A stretch of 64,000 bases of DNA, from positions 1,054,001 to 1,118,000 of the forward strand of contig JBLDXI010000009.1 in assembly GCA_047495785.1 (NCBI GenBank), written 5' to 3'. Below are positions 24,598 to 36,800 of this stretch, one piece after another. Below the pieces are notes generated by a model, which did not search any database, was not told the origin of the DNA, and saw only the letters and a program-made list of their open reading frames with translations. How positions within the stretch are numbered: position 1 is the first letter of the stretch; each line of letters starts with the position of its first letter. This DNA comes from Lepidodermella squamata (Eukaryota; Animalia; Gastrotricha). A program made the position numbers and the translations under genes.

Positions 24598-27500
24598 ATT
24601 AACAACCATTAGCATCTTGAGATGTCAATACTTCAAGATCAAATTCTTCCAATTTTGTTCCTTTTTGTTCGTCCGCCGATTATTGGAATTTATAGAGCGA
24701 TTGCCCGCAAAACGTTACCCTGTAAAGCAAATGAAGTCGAGAATGAACGATGATGAAGACGTATCATAATGTGATGTGATGTGATATTTCAAGATATAAA
24801 ACATTATAATTATTATATTTAAAAAAAATATAGAAAATCTATGTATATTATATCTCTATAAGGTAAATGTATACGTTTACCTAACTAAAATCTAAAAGCT
24901 TACGATTAGATCAGCGTGATTTTTTCATGGAGCGTTACTGTTACCACAACACACCTTGCTCGAACTGCTCTTATCGGGAATCGAAACTCAGTCGTTTATC
25001 TAAAAATAACTATATTATATGTAATGTTTCAAACCGGTTACTCCGCGCTTGTGGAAAGGAGAACTAACAACTTGTCTATTCATTTTTTCTGCTGCTTTTC
25101 TTCACGATTCAATAGCTTCTGGAACTCAAAGCCTCATGCGTTGTTCGTTCGCCTTAGAGTTATGCGTTTTATCTACATCAGCATTACATATTGCTCGAGC
25201 ACATGTTTATTGTGCGTTGCTAATTGATTGCCGCTGCTTGTTCATTTAGCTGCGTCGCTATCAGTTGGCTAGTTCTATTTATGCACGTGTTTTTACTGTA
25301 AATGCGCTGCTCGCGACATCAGCTGTTGCTACCTCGCTAATTGCCGCCTTCAGGTCTGCCAGAGCTCTGGTACACCTATTTGTACAGCCTCAATCGCGCA
25401 ATCCTCAACAGCGGCATGACGGTGATTTCTTACAGTAGAAACAGCTACACAGACTCTCATTTTTGTTGATTGTTTGTTACTACATGTAATGTGCTTCGCG
25501 AGCGAATGTCCCCTCTTGCCAGCCACTTGATTCCCTCCACGCTACCTATTTCAGAGTGAAATCACGCCCTTGTATTTTGGTTGTATGAGAGCCCGGCAAA
25601 AACTTCATATCCTAGTTTTTCATTGATGCATATATATACACAACTGTAGAATATTCATGAAATTTGTCCCATTCGCTGAATATTCTGTTAGCCATCTTCG
25701 TGAATAAATCAATTATTAGTATTTTTCTAAACGCAAATTCGAAGATTCTCTCTTATTTCTCCATCTCTTTCGATTTTCTTGTCATATTGTCATTCTTGAT
25801 CGATACATTTATCCGTATATAAACCTTTGCTAGTATATGCCTCATGCAAAACAACAGAGAGCAAATCGTATATACGTAGCGCTTGAAGCTGCCATATCGC
25901 TGTAACTTCTGTTCGGACCGAGTTCTCTTCGCATTCACGAGGAGCGCTATTGTAATGATAATCACCATGCTTAGCCTTGTGTATTTTTAACTCTGCTTAT
26001 CACGCTATGCAGATCATTGGGAATCCAAATTCGATACAGCGGTCGAGCTTCTCAGTGAATTTGCTTCTCGATTTATAATGTATTTATGGCAGTCTAGCAT
26101 CGCGAATAATTCTTATCTCTTATGGTAGAAAATTAGGATATAATACCATGTTGTTGCTCGGAAAGGTGATATTTCGATAATAATGGATTGGAAAATTGGC
26201 TCGTTAAGTAAGCATCTCTCTACTTTCTATTCTTATCTCGGGTAACAATCGCAAATCGGGCCCTGGACGCGTCGAAAAATGTAAAATGTACATAATTTGC
26301 ATCTGACCATCCTATGTTGTTGGCGATTGCGAATAATCATCAAGTCGGAAATATCATATCTGCCACGCCCTCATTACCCCCCGTGACACAACGCGATGTT
26401 ATATTATCATTTGCTGTAACTATTATTACTAATAATTTTGCTGACTTCACTGGAAATTAATTAGTCGATAATTTTTAGTCCGGTCTTCAATTGTAATACT
26501 GAAATGATATGAGCATCATAGTCGTTTCTACCGAAACTGCTCCTATTACTACCGTGTAGACTCTTCATTCATGTTCTCCTATATGGTCAGTTGTAACTGC
26601 TCGTATTTCGAAGCAGATTTGCACGATGATAGCCCTTACAGCAACAAAACCCGGCCAAAAATGATGTCTTGTCAGCGTAATTTATTTTTGTCTTATATAC
26701 ACGGCAGGCGCAGCGTTAATGTTGCAAAACATTTCGGCCTATCTTCTTCGAATAAATCTTGTAAACCTGGAAGTACCACGATACTGCAACTTTCATTCGC
26801 CGCCTCATCCGCGCTTTGGTTCAAAATTATAATTCTCGTATGAAGGCGGCGCATCCTTTTCTCTTTCTATTTTCCAACATCCTTCAGTCCTAACTATTTG
26901 GCTTTTGAAGCTTCTCAGAAAGTTGGGGCATTTATATGAGCTTGAAGGCTAATTCGAAAATGGCGCAGATGTTTGTTGGGGACATCGCGTCTCATGAACG
27001 CTTAATATTTTTGTTGTGTGCTTACTGCTAGCTAGAAATGATATTCATGTAACATTTATTCGATTAGTCGCATTACTCTTCTTTATACAGTTGATGTTAG
27101 TTGTGTATTTAAATATTTAAGGCGATCGCCAGTGATCTTGGTGGATGAAACACGCTATGGATTGAGCTGAGAGGCCTGCTCCCTGTCCAAGTTCGTTCCA
27201 TGTTTCTTTGTCTTCATCTTTGGAATAAACTCTGTACATGCAATTCATTACTCTTCTATGAAGCTAATCTTGAAAAATCTAAAAACGCAGCATGATAAAA
27301 ATAGTCTCTTGGGGTTTTTGTTTTGTTTTGAAATCACCCTTTCACTTCATTTCTTCAAAATTCTCTTATACATATGATAATGATAATACTAATTGCAGCA
27401 ACATAAACCACCTGTTGATTCAACTTTGCATTCACTTATATGTTCTGTTTACCTAGCTTCACTCTTCAGAGCTAAAAAAATGAAAATTTTCAGTGTTCTA

Positions 27501-28658
27501 TACATGTGGACAAAAAACAATGAATACTATATATATACATATATATTATACATAAAAATGAATAGGTATTATTGCTATAATTGCAAAATGCGATGAAAGT
27601 TGAAATGAGTTTTCTTGCATCTGTGTTACACCGTATAGCCTGTGCCATCAAAATAGCGGAATTGCGTTCGGTAAACACTTTGCAGGTCTGACACTGGTGA
27701 TGATTGATAGCGCGTGTGGCACGTATCATAAGATATCGTCTATATATCAAATATTATGTATCTATTATTATAAACATTATTATTATATTATTATCACTAA
27801 TCTTATTAATTATATCGAAAAATTACTTAACATTGATAATGTTTGAAAGAAGAAAATAAAAACCAGACATTGAAACTCACGACTTATACTTATTTATTTT
27901 AACACCATGGCGAACAATAACGTCGAAATCCCTATGACTTGATGATGGACTTCCATGGCTGGAAGGCCAAATTCGGAAGTTCGCAGTTCCGTCAGTGTGA
28001 CGATTTTTTATGTCGCTCTGCGAGGATTATTATTTTTACTGGTAGCCTGCAAGAATCTGAAATCCAAATCCCATCATTCCGTTTCTTCTCGGAATACCTT
28101 ATTTTCTAAGTTAGCACCTAGTTTTTATCTGTATTGGCTCTGATGAAATTTCGAAAAAGCAACCGTTGTTAAATATTCTAGTTATATTCGTTTATTTTCA
28201 TGTTCAAAGATTTCGACGAAACAAATGCGGCTTTGCTAATAATTGAAGTGCACAAACAATAAGATTTCGAGATAAATATTGATCGCAGCATATATATCTG
28301 TAAACGAACAGTTCAATATTTCCGATCTTATACTGCCATTCAGGCCTTGAAGGAGTGTAAATTAAATCCTTCATCATCATACTTCAATCATAAAAAACAC
28401 GAATAAGTTCAAACATAACAAAATGAAGAGATGCTCTTGGACAAAATCAATCGCGCATGTTTTATTTGGTAGTGTTTTGCTCTTTAAAAGGAGAGAATAG
28501 TCACTCATAGAAAGGTCAAGAAACGATAAGTCGTAGAAAATTGACAACAAGCTGCCAAGTTTTAGCGCATAACTAGAGATAAAGCGGGTACCGATTAGAT
28601 TGGTGTTATTTCAGGTAGAAAAATTAACTCTGAATCAGGCGATAGGTATTCTTAAAAA

Positions 28659-31600
28659 TCATGACTCGAATTTATATGTCATTTGCATCGCGTACAATTG
28701 ATCGATGGCTGAAGATGCCAGGTGAGTAGGCTGTTGCTGCTGATGCTGTTGTGAGTAGGGTGCAAAGCCTACGATGTCACCATTGGATTCGTTGTGATGA
28801 GGCAACAGATGAAGATGACTAGCCAGTGTTGGAAATGTTTGATTGCTGCTGAGTAGATTTGGGGCACAGTCGCTACTCATTTGCTGCTGTTGTTGCTGGA
28901 AATTCGCTAATACATCATCGGTACTGCTGGTCGAAACAGCATCGAATCCTGAATCAGTCCGATTACCGGACATGTTTTTGCGTAGTTTGGGAGCGGATTC
29001 TCCTGTGCTATTAGACTTGCTGCTAGCCGCCTTGCCCTCAACCTGACGCTTAGAGCTTGTTTGCTCGGATGGACTTCGGAGAACTTCATCGTCACTGCCA
29101 GAATTCGAAGCGGAGGAACCGAAGCAATCCCGAGATATATTGAACGATTTGCTTTGATTTGCGCTGTTGCGCTTCGACTTTTTCGCGTCGCCGTTAGATG
29201 GAGGTTTGTTGTGTCGGTCTATTTGTTCACCAGTAAAGTCGAAGGACGAGCGGTCATACGGCGCTGAAGAAGAGGCGCCATCTATCATATCGTCGTCATC
29301 GTCAGATGACATAGAGTCATCCGAATCAATTGAATCCATGTCTTCGTCGTCGTCCTCTTCGAGTGACGCCAGATTCCGTGGTAACGGGACGTTCGCACCG
29401 AGCTGGCCGCCATTCGCCGCCGCTGCCGCTGCCATCTGTTGTTTTCGATTGATTTTCTTTACCTTCGCTCGCTGGTTTTGAAACCAGACTTGCACTACCC
29501 TGGGATGTAGGTGAGTCTCCTCGCCAAGTGCCTCGCGAACCTTGCGACATGGTTTTGGGTTAATGAGAAACGCTGCTTGAAATCGCTTGCGCTGCGCTAA
29601 CGTCAACACGGTCCGCGGCCGCTTTATTGGTTTGCCATCTTTTCCAAGCGGTCGACTGGCTAAGGGACCAAAGGTTATTCGATTTCGTGAGTGATGATTG
29701 TGCGAAGATGTGTTGGGAGCTGCGGAGTTTTGATTATTATGGCCTGTTTTCTCCGGCATTGCAAGCCCATTTTGTTCCCCCGACGTCAACGGCGTGAAAG
29801 CAGACGGTGGCTGTACCAAACTTTGGCCGTTTGGAGTAGAGAAGTGCATCGGATATGGCATGATTTCTTCACCCATGACAGGAACTGTTTTGAAAAAAGC
29901 AAATAATTAAACATAGATAGATTTTGCTATGTTGATTTTAAATTACCCTCCAGCTGCTGTCTTTGTTGGTGGCATGGTGATGGAAACATTGGCTCCCAGC
30001 CATTCGGCCCAGAATTCCGCCGTAGGTGGGAGGTCATGATCACCATATTGGCATGATCGGCGCAGTAAATCTGTCCACCATCAGCGGCGTCCGCGATGGT
30101 GTAACGTTCGCCTCGGGACAACGGTCTGTGGCAAGCGAAGCACGAAAAGCAGTCGGCGTGGTAAAACCCGCCTGTTGGTGTCCAATAGCCGAGGTCGTTT
30201 GTCATGTTCAGCGGCATTCGACAACCACCGCAGAGTTGCGACTGCTGTGAATGAGGATGCCGAACTTCCCCATTGGTTGATGATGGTGACAAGGTGACTT
30301 GATTGCACAATCTATAAGTAAAAGTTGAAATTTCAATAGCAAGGAAATCGTCGATGTTTGATTTTTACTATATGCCTTGCATTCTAAAAATATGAGCGAA
30401 AAAAGCTGAATGAGTTTTTAGTCCTTTATCCTTCAATCTACATCGCTTTTGTTACAAAATGGTGTCGGCAGTTCATCGCAAATTAACCGCTTTTTTATTT
30501 CCCTTCAATTGATTTTACATTCACCGTTACACTTTCACACCACGTTATCTCAAAATAGTCATTGGCTTGTCAAATATATCGATGAATCACCAGCGAATCA
30601 CACCTATTTGAGTTTGCTTCGGATTAACTGCCCTTCCTAGCTGTGTTTGATCGAGTCGAAGCTAACATCCGGAGTGCGGTGCAAAACAAACAAACAGGAG
30701 TGACGAACGCACTTCCTTTTTGCCACTTTGCTCACACGAGGCTGGAGGTCTGCACCTAAATGCCAAATCCCGACTTCTAGCGAAAGTTATTTTGCGAGAG
30801 GTGGTTAAAACGTCAAATTTCACGACGAAATAGTGAAGTAATCAAGGTTTAATTGAAATATTGCGTTTTATTACGCATTTATGGCGAGAGCGCCTGTCAA
30901 CGCGATATAATCCGGTCGGGCAGCGCGCGCCTAATCCAAGTTTTAACGCGCCCAACACTACGCTGCGTATGTGAGAAACCGGGCTGGTCAGCTATTAGTT
31001 CGATATAAGAAAAGATCAACTTTTATGCACAATTGCGTAAACGCCGTTTGGTTAAACAACAATTTATTGTATCCTGTCTTAAAATTTTAATATCCGCCTC
31101 TTCAACGTGTTGCCGTGCCCGAACAAGAGGCGGATGATACCTTGTTGATGCTACTGCAAATCGATCATCGCTGTCTAATCTCCTATCTATCAGCTGCGCG
31201 CCACCATAACGTGCAAAACAATGGAAGTATAAGAGAAATGAGACAGCACGTTGCTCGAGTGTATCGATATAACCGAGCGATGATAGGGGCGTGTTGCATC
31301 TTGTGCGCCAACTCGAGCTTGACAAATGCCTTCAAGTGAGGACACACCGAAACCGCGCTACTTGTTGCCCGAATTTATTACTTTTATTGCCGACGCAACG
31401 TCGCCTCGGGCAGCCAGTTTAAGCGCCGGCGTTCGGCTCAAGAGGGCCAATGATAACAACGAAGAAACTGTAATTATTATGGCAGATATACTGAATCGGC
31501 TTTGAGCGGTGAAAGTGCGCTGGAATGCCGCCTTTGAGCCAGGCCCACAACAAGTGGCTAATGAAGAACGCCTAGTCAAAATTGACGTCTGCACGCGCCT

Positions 31601-32407
31601 CTAAAATGCAATTACTGCACCAAAATGAGTTGCGCAATGAAAACAAGGTAGGGCGCTACTTTGACCTGTCTCAGTAATCACCATTAATCATAAATCAATG
31701 CGGCAACCATTAAATCGATAACGATTAACGGATATCTAATTGATCACTAGTGACTAGCGTCTTGGTAGCGATTAATAACCCCCTTAAAGTTAAAAATGGA
31801 TGGATCCCGATAAAATTCCAAAAATTATGACAGACAAAGGATAAAGGAACGGAAATAACTCTTAGAAGTAAAAAAGTAAGGACATCTCACAGTAAGTGAA
31901 ATGGCGGTGAAAAACGAAAAATCATTTGAAAACTAACGTTACGTAGCAGCATTTGCAGAGAAGCGCTCCAGTTGCCGTTTGTGTGCAGCTTTTTTCGAGA
32001 CTGCGGCCGCACCCGGAACACACGAGACAAGCGTCGTGGAAAGACCGGCCGTCTTGTAGGGTGCTGAATGTCCGATCAAAAATTATTCCATGGCAATTGA
32101 AGCAGAACGGCGCGCAACCAAGCATGTGGCCAGGGTCAGTTCCTGGTATCCGCTTCGTTGGATCGCCACAGCCAAGTGTTGAAAGTTGCCGTTCAAATAT
32201 CGCCAGAGCCGATAATTGCGCGAAGCTGTTTTCGCCATTGCTTTGACCATTCAAGTGCGCGGCGTCTTCCTCGCTCTGCTTGACAGCCATCAAAACCGAT
32301 GCTTGAATGGCCATGGGTGACGAATTTTCGCCGTGAAACCCAATAGGTGATTCTGCAATGTTCAGAGATTGAGGTGGAATTCGGTTGACAGCTGTTTGTT
32401 TGATCAT
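28659..32407 (-). CDS. LMX1: LIM-homeodomain transcription factor LMX1
   Basis: Two LIM domains (CFNC...HDAC..CSGC...CKCC; CGGC...HADC..CFAC...CADH) and the LMX1-type homeodomain KRPRTVLT...PKPCRKVRE...[12 protein letters not shown]. Three exons with consistent phases (~32407-31937, 30311-29948, 29884-28659). Confidence 0.93.
31676..31780. promoter_or_regulatory. Putative intronic enhancer: dense TAAT/ATTA homeodomain-site cluster in LMX1 intron 1
   Basis: gtaatcaccattaatcataaatcaatg...cattaaatcgataacgattaacggatatctaattgatc...gattaata; includes ATAAATCA, the reverse of the TGATTTAT Pbx/Hox-type site. Confidence 0.35.
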
Positions 32408-32579
32408 TATTTAGCAGAGCTAAATCGCGTGTCAACCCTTACGTAGTTCACTACACCCCGTTAATTGAAAAAGACGTAGCGTACTCTTTTTTCGTTAAAA
32501 TATTTCGTTAATTAGCGAATAATTTGCAAGAGGTCAATTAGCTAGCGGAAAAAACGAGCATATCCACGCGATTAATCCT

Positions 32580-32760
32580 TTTCGAATAGAGCACGCGCTC
32601 ACTTCTACTGCGTGTGTGGTTCACTTGCGCAAACGTACCCTATTGGCCACGCGCGCAGCCAATGAGCGCACGCGTAGCTTGCTTACTCATTGCACTCACG
32701 ATGCCGCGCGCAGGCTTCCGTATTGACGCGCCTTCCGCCGGGAAGTGGCAAGCAAACTTC
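32580..32760 (-). promoter_or_regulatory. Putative LMX1 promoter (CpG-rich, inverted CCAAT pair, ETS-like GGAA sites)
   Basis: tATTGGccacgcgcgcagCCAATg at 32641-32664; cttccg and cgggaagt motifs; lies 170-350 bp upstream of the ATG. Confidence 0.35.
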
Positions 32761-33889
32761 GATTTGTGAGCGAACCGCCTTGCTTTCACCTATCGATCGA
32801 TGACATCTGCGACACCTGGCACACACGCTCGGGGCATATGCCGAGCCAACCGATACCACCATATCACTGCTTAGCGAAAAAACAAAGATGGAGGCGGAAA
32901 GAGCCACCTGATACTGGACGTGATTTGTTTTGTAAATATCAAGGTTTTAATTCGGAAATTCGGCCGGTGTACCTGAAACTTTGAACCCAGCCCAAAACCC
33001 AACATTCACTCAGAGATTTACATATTTTTTAATCATTTTATTTGCAGCAAGATATATATAATTGAACACCATACATTTAGTAGACGATACATGAACTTAG
33101 CGTGTACAGTATCTTTCTCGAAAGTTGTACATCTTACGTAATTTTCCATAAAATAAATCCACGCACGTCTATAACGCTACGAATTCAAGCAAACATTCAT
33201 CATGTTCGACCTTAAAATAGAAATAGCAGGTTAATAGCAAATAGAAGACGTAAATGTTATTGTATCAACAGGAGAAGAGATTACGGTTTTACAGAGATTA
33301 CTTTCGCATTCGAATCAGTGAATTTCTTTCTTTTTGCGTTTATAGCAATTGTCGGCAGTTTGAGGAGGAAAATGCTTTTGCCACGAATACTTCAATGCGG
33401 GAATATAAAAAGAGACAAGGTATAACTATAGATATTATAGATGTCCCATAATGTCGTAAAAGAGAGGGTGCAGTTCCAAGCAGGACATTTCGTCATAAAA
33501 AAGGAAGAATTTTGAAATGATTAAGAGGTTTTGAATTTTGGAATTCAACTCGTTGATTACAAAATAAACGGCGCGTCAACGAAAGGTGTGAGTTCAGGGA
33601 CTGTGATAACACAAGAAGACGAAGCAGAACGGAGCTACAAAAGCCTTCTTGTCTGAGATGCCGTTCTTTCATGTCGATCAACAAGGCGTATAAAAACAAA
33701 AAGCGAATAATATACGAATAATTTGCTCAATAGCTGCTTTTCAACTGTAAAAATGCACATTGCGATTTGATAGATTGGTTCAGTTGATCAAAATTAAACG
33801 CTATATTTTTAAGCTATAGTGTAGCTATCCACGTCGGTACATGTTCGGTCACGCTTACAATTACATTGAAAGTAATCCACAACCGATGT

Positions 33890-36800
33890 TTAAGACGTGT
33901 AGACCGTTTTCTGCGTGTGGGTGGCTCGTTCCTGTGCAAAAAAAATCGAATTAGACAAATTGAAATAGCATAGTATAGCAGCCGAAGTATATACCTCGCC
34001 CTTATCGTTGTAGAGGGCTGTGAATACATTGGAGCCAACTCCCCAAGATTCAACATCGCTCTGGACGTCACAGTCGGTTTTGGGTGAATAGCCACGAACC
34101 CAGATTTTGATAGCTCTGTTTTTACCAGGCTCGATCTTAATACGCGGAAGTTGGAAGGCGATCTCCTTCTTGTTGTCAACACTTCGTCGAATTTGCCAGC
34201 CTTCGATCACTTCATCCTTTAATTTTCGAAACATCATTAGGGATGTCATTAGGATTAAAGAATTTGAAAGGGAAACCTTCTTTCCAGTGTTCTCCAGTGA
34301 TATGAATTTGCCCTCGGCACTCACTTCACCGATGGTAATCGGGCCTTTGGCCGAGCGTTGATAAGTTGTCTTAGCCGACATCTCGCCCTTTATGACCTGA
34401 TTGACTGTTTTCAAATGAAAAATTGTTAATAATATTATTGAAATAGAGAAGGCGATAAAAATCAAACTCGAACAGAGATGAACTTGGGTTAAAATTAATT
34501 AAAAGCAGTGAAAAGCAAAAAGCGAACTTCGAGGTGGTAAGTCTCACTACAACAACTAAAGGGAACACGAGTAAGTTTGATCTGCTTCGGTTATTAGCCC
34601 CACATTTGACAGTCGTTGCTGTACCAGTGTGAACGTTGTTATGATCGGTTGGGTTGGTGATAACGTAACTATGGTGTAGGTGATGTCCATGTGGCGAAGG
34701 AGAGCGCCTTCCAATAGTCATTCCGAATCCCGTGGTAATGGCACCGGTACATGCGGATGTAACCACGGTTTCGTTGTTATTGGCAAGGTTCTCCGCTCTA
34801 CTCGACGGTCTGTTATTGAGCGCCTCTGAGCTACCACTGGTGTTTTTGGATAACATGCTTGAATTAACACCGTTGATTCGTGAACAGGATGAGTAAGTGT
34901 TTGACTGTGATCCATTAACGTGGTTGTTGGTGTTATTATTAAGGTTAGCACTACTACCGCCAGCCGCCATCGAATTGGCGTTGCTGCTATTGCCCAGGCC
35001 TGTAACTGCTCCGGTGTGAATAGTCAACAGGCTGTCGGTACTGAAGCCGTGTGCTTTCGACAAGTTTGGCGTCGGCGTTCCAGCAGTTGTGATGAAAGTC
35101 GCTGAATGCGAGGCTGACAACGAGCCGCTTCCCGGCAACGAGTCGCGATAGCTTCGAGCCAGTGTCACCAAACTAGGCAGCCTTGAATGAGCATTTATTT
35201 TCGAAACAGGCGTGATTAAGCAAAGAGGTCGTATAGGGATTTAGATATCGTTAGTGTGAATTGTTAAGCAAGCTATTTTATTGCCAGTTAGTTTTCGCCA
35301 CGCTATCCCGAAACCAGCGGAGTAACCAAATTTTGCAGAGCTAGGGCGAACTGAAACTAAATTTGTCACACTTTTGCATTGTAATAATTTCCTCTTTCCG
35401 TTCGCACACAGGTTTTAAAACTACCGCATAAAGGCGAATTTGAGGAAAGCTATTAGTCAGTTAGGCGGCGGCTCGAGCCAAAAATTCCAAGGCGCAAACT
35501 AAGGCTCTCAAGATAGGCTTGATATTGATGATCGAAGAGCGCTAAACAAGCATTGCGATAACCATTCTACCTGTTCCAAACAGCTTCGGATCTCCCGTAT
35601 TCAACTCGGTTATTCTGTCACACAATCAAAATGGGCCGATGCACAATTTAGATTAATAAAGCAATTTCAGATGGGCTCGGCCTTCATTTTCATTTAATTA
35701 AAAATAATCGATTCTAAACAACCGTTGATTTTTGCACTTCCAACTTCGGAGTCAAAGCCATGCAGGGTTATTGGCATCATATCGTGAGAAAAACATCATA
35801 TCGAGCTTGGGGATAGCTCATGTGAAATTTTTTAGAACAAGTCGGCCATGCAAAGCACGTCGAAACGTTGCGGCCTGTTGACTAGTTAACTCTTCAAATG
35901 ATGTTAGAAAACTCCACACAGTTATAACAAAATACTACAACCGTGTGTGGCTATATAGTCTTGAAATGAACAAAATCGGCTTCATGCAGCAACCGATTTT
36001 GAGCAACTATTAGAGCTTCCGGGGATTACAGGGGGGACTATTCAGAGAAGGGTAAGTATAACAGTATTGCATATGACAAGTTTCGATGTTGCGTGTATGC
36101 GCAAGGAGTGTAGTATAGCTGCAGTTTTATCTTTCATCTCTGAGCCAGGTTGTTCTCATCAGACGCCCGTGACCGTCTTTGCGTGTAACTTACGGACTTC
36201 CTGCTTCGTCTGCAACGCCTGCTGCGTGCTGGCCGAGTAATTTTCAACGGCCTGTCTAAGACCCATGCTACAAGAGGACGGGTTCACAAGTCCAGAATTT
36301 TAGCACAAGTTTACAAAAACCAAACGATAAAGTGCATGTAATTTTTTCGCCTAAGACTTGGGGTAGTTTGGGGACGGAAAAACATACCTCTTCTCCTCGC
36401 CCTCGAGAAGACGGCGGTAAGCTGCGATTTCCAGCTCCAGAGACAACTTCTTGTCGTTGAGGTCGGAGAACTGGCGTGTAAGCTCGTCCAAGGTTTGCTA
36501 GAGAAATTATTCGAACATATGTTATACTATGGCATCGAATGATCAAACAAACCTGAAGTTCGCGTTGCTTGGTGAGAATCTCAACACGCTCCTTGTCCCA
36601 ATCGCGCTCGCGCTCATCAAAGTCGCGCTTCAGCATGTCAAGCTCTTTCTCGAGCAGCATGTTCTATTTAAAAAAAATTGAGAATAAATACATTGTCCAT
36701 TCACTGTGAACAGTAATCTTACCCTGGCGTCCATATCGGACTCGCGACCACGCAGCTCGGTAATCTGGCAGCGCAGCTTCTTGATGTCCTCTTTAAGCTG

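Noticed and set aside
27490-27840. TA-rich low-complexity tract
   Set aside because: Ordinary AT-rich UTR or intergenic sequence without a regular period.
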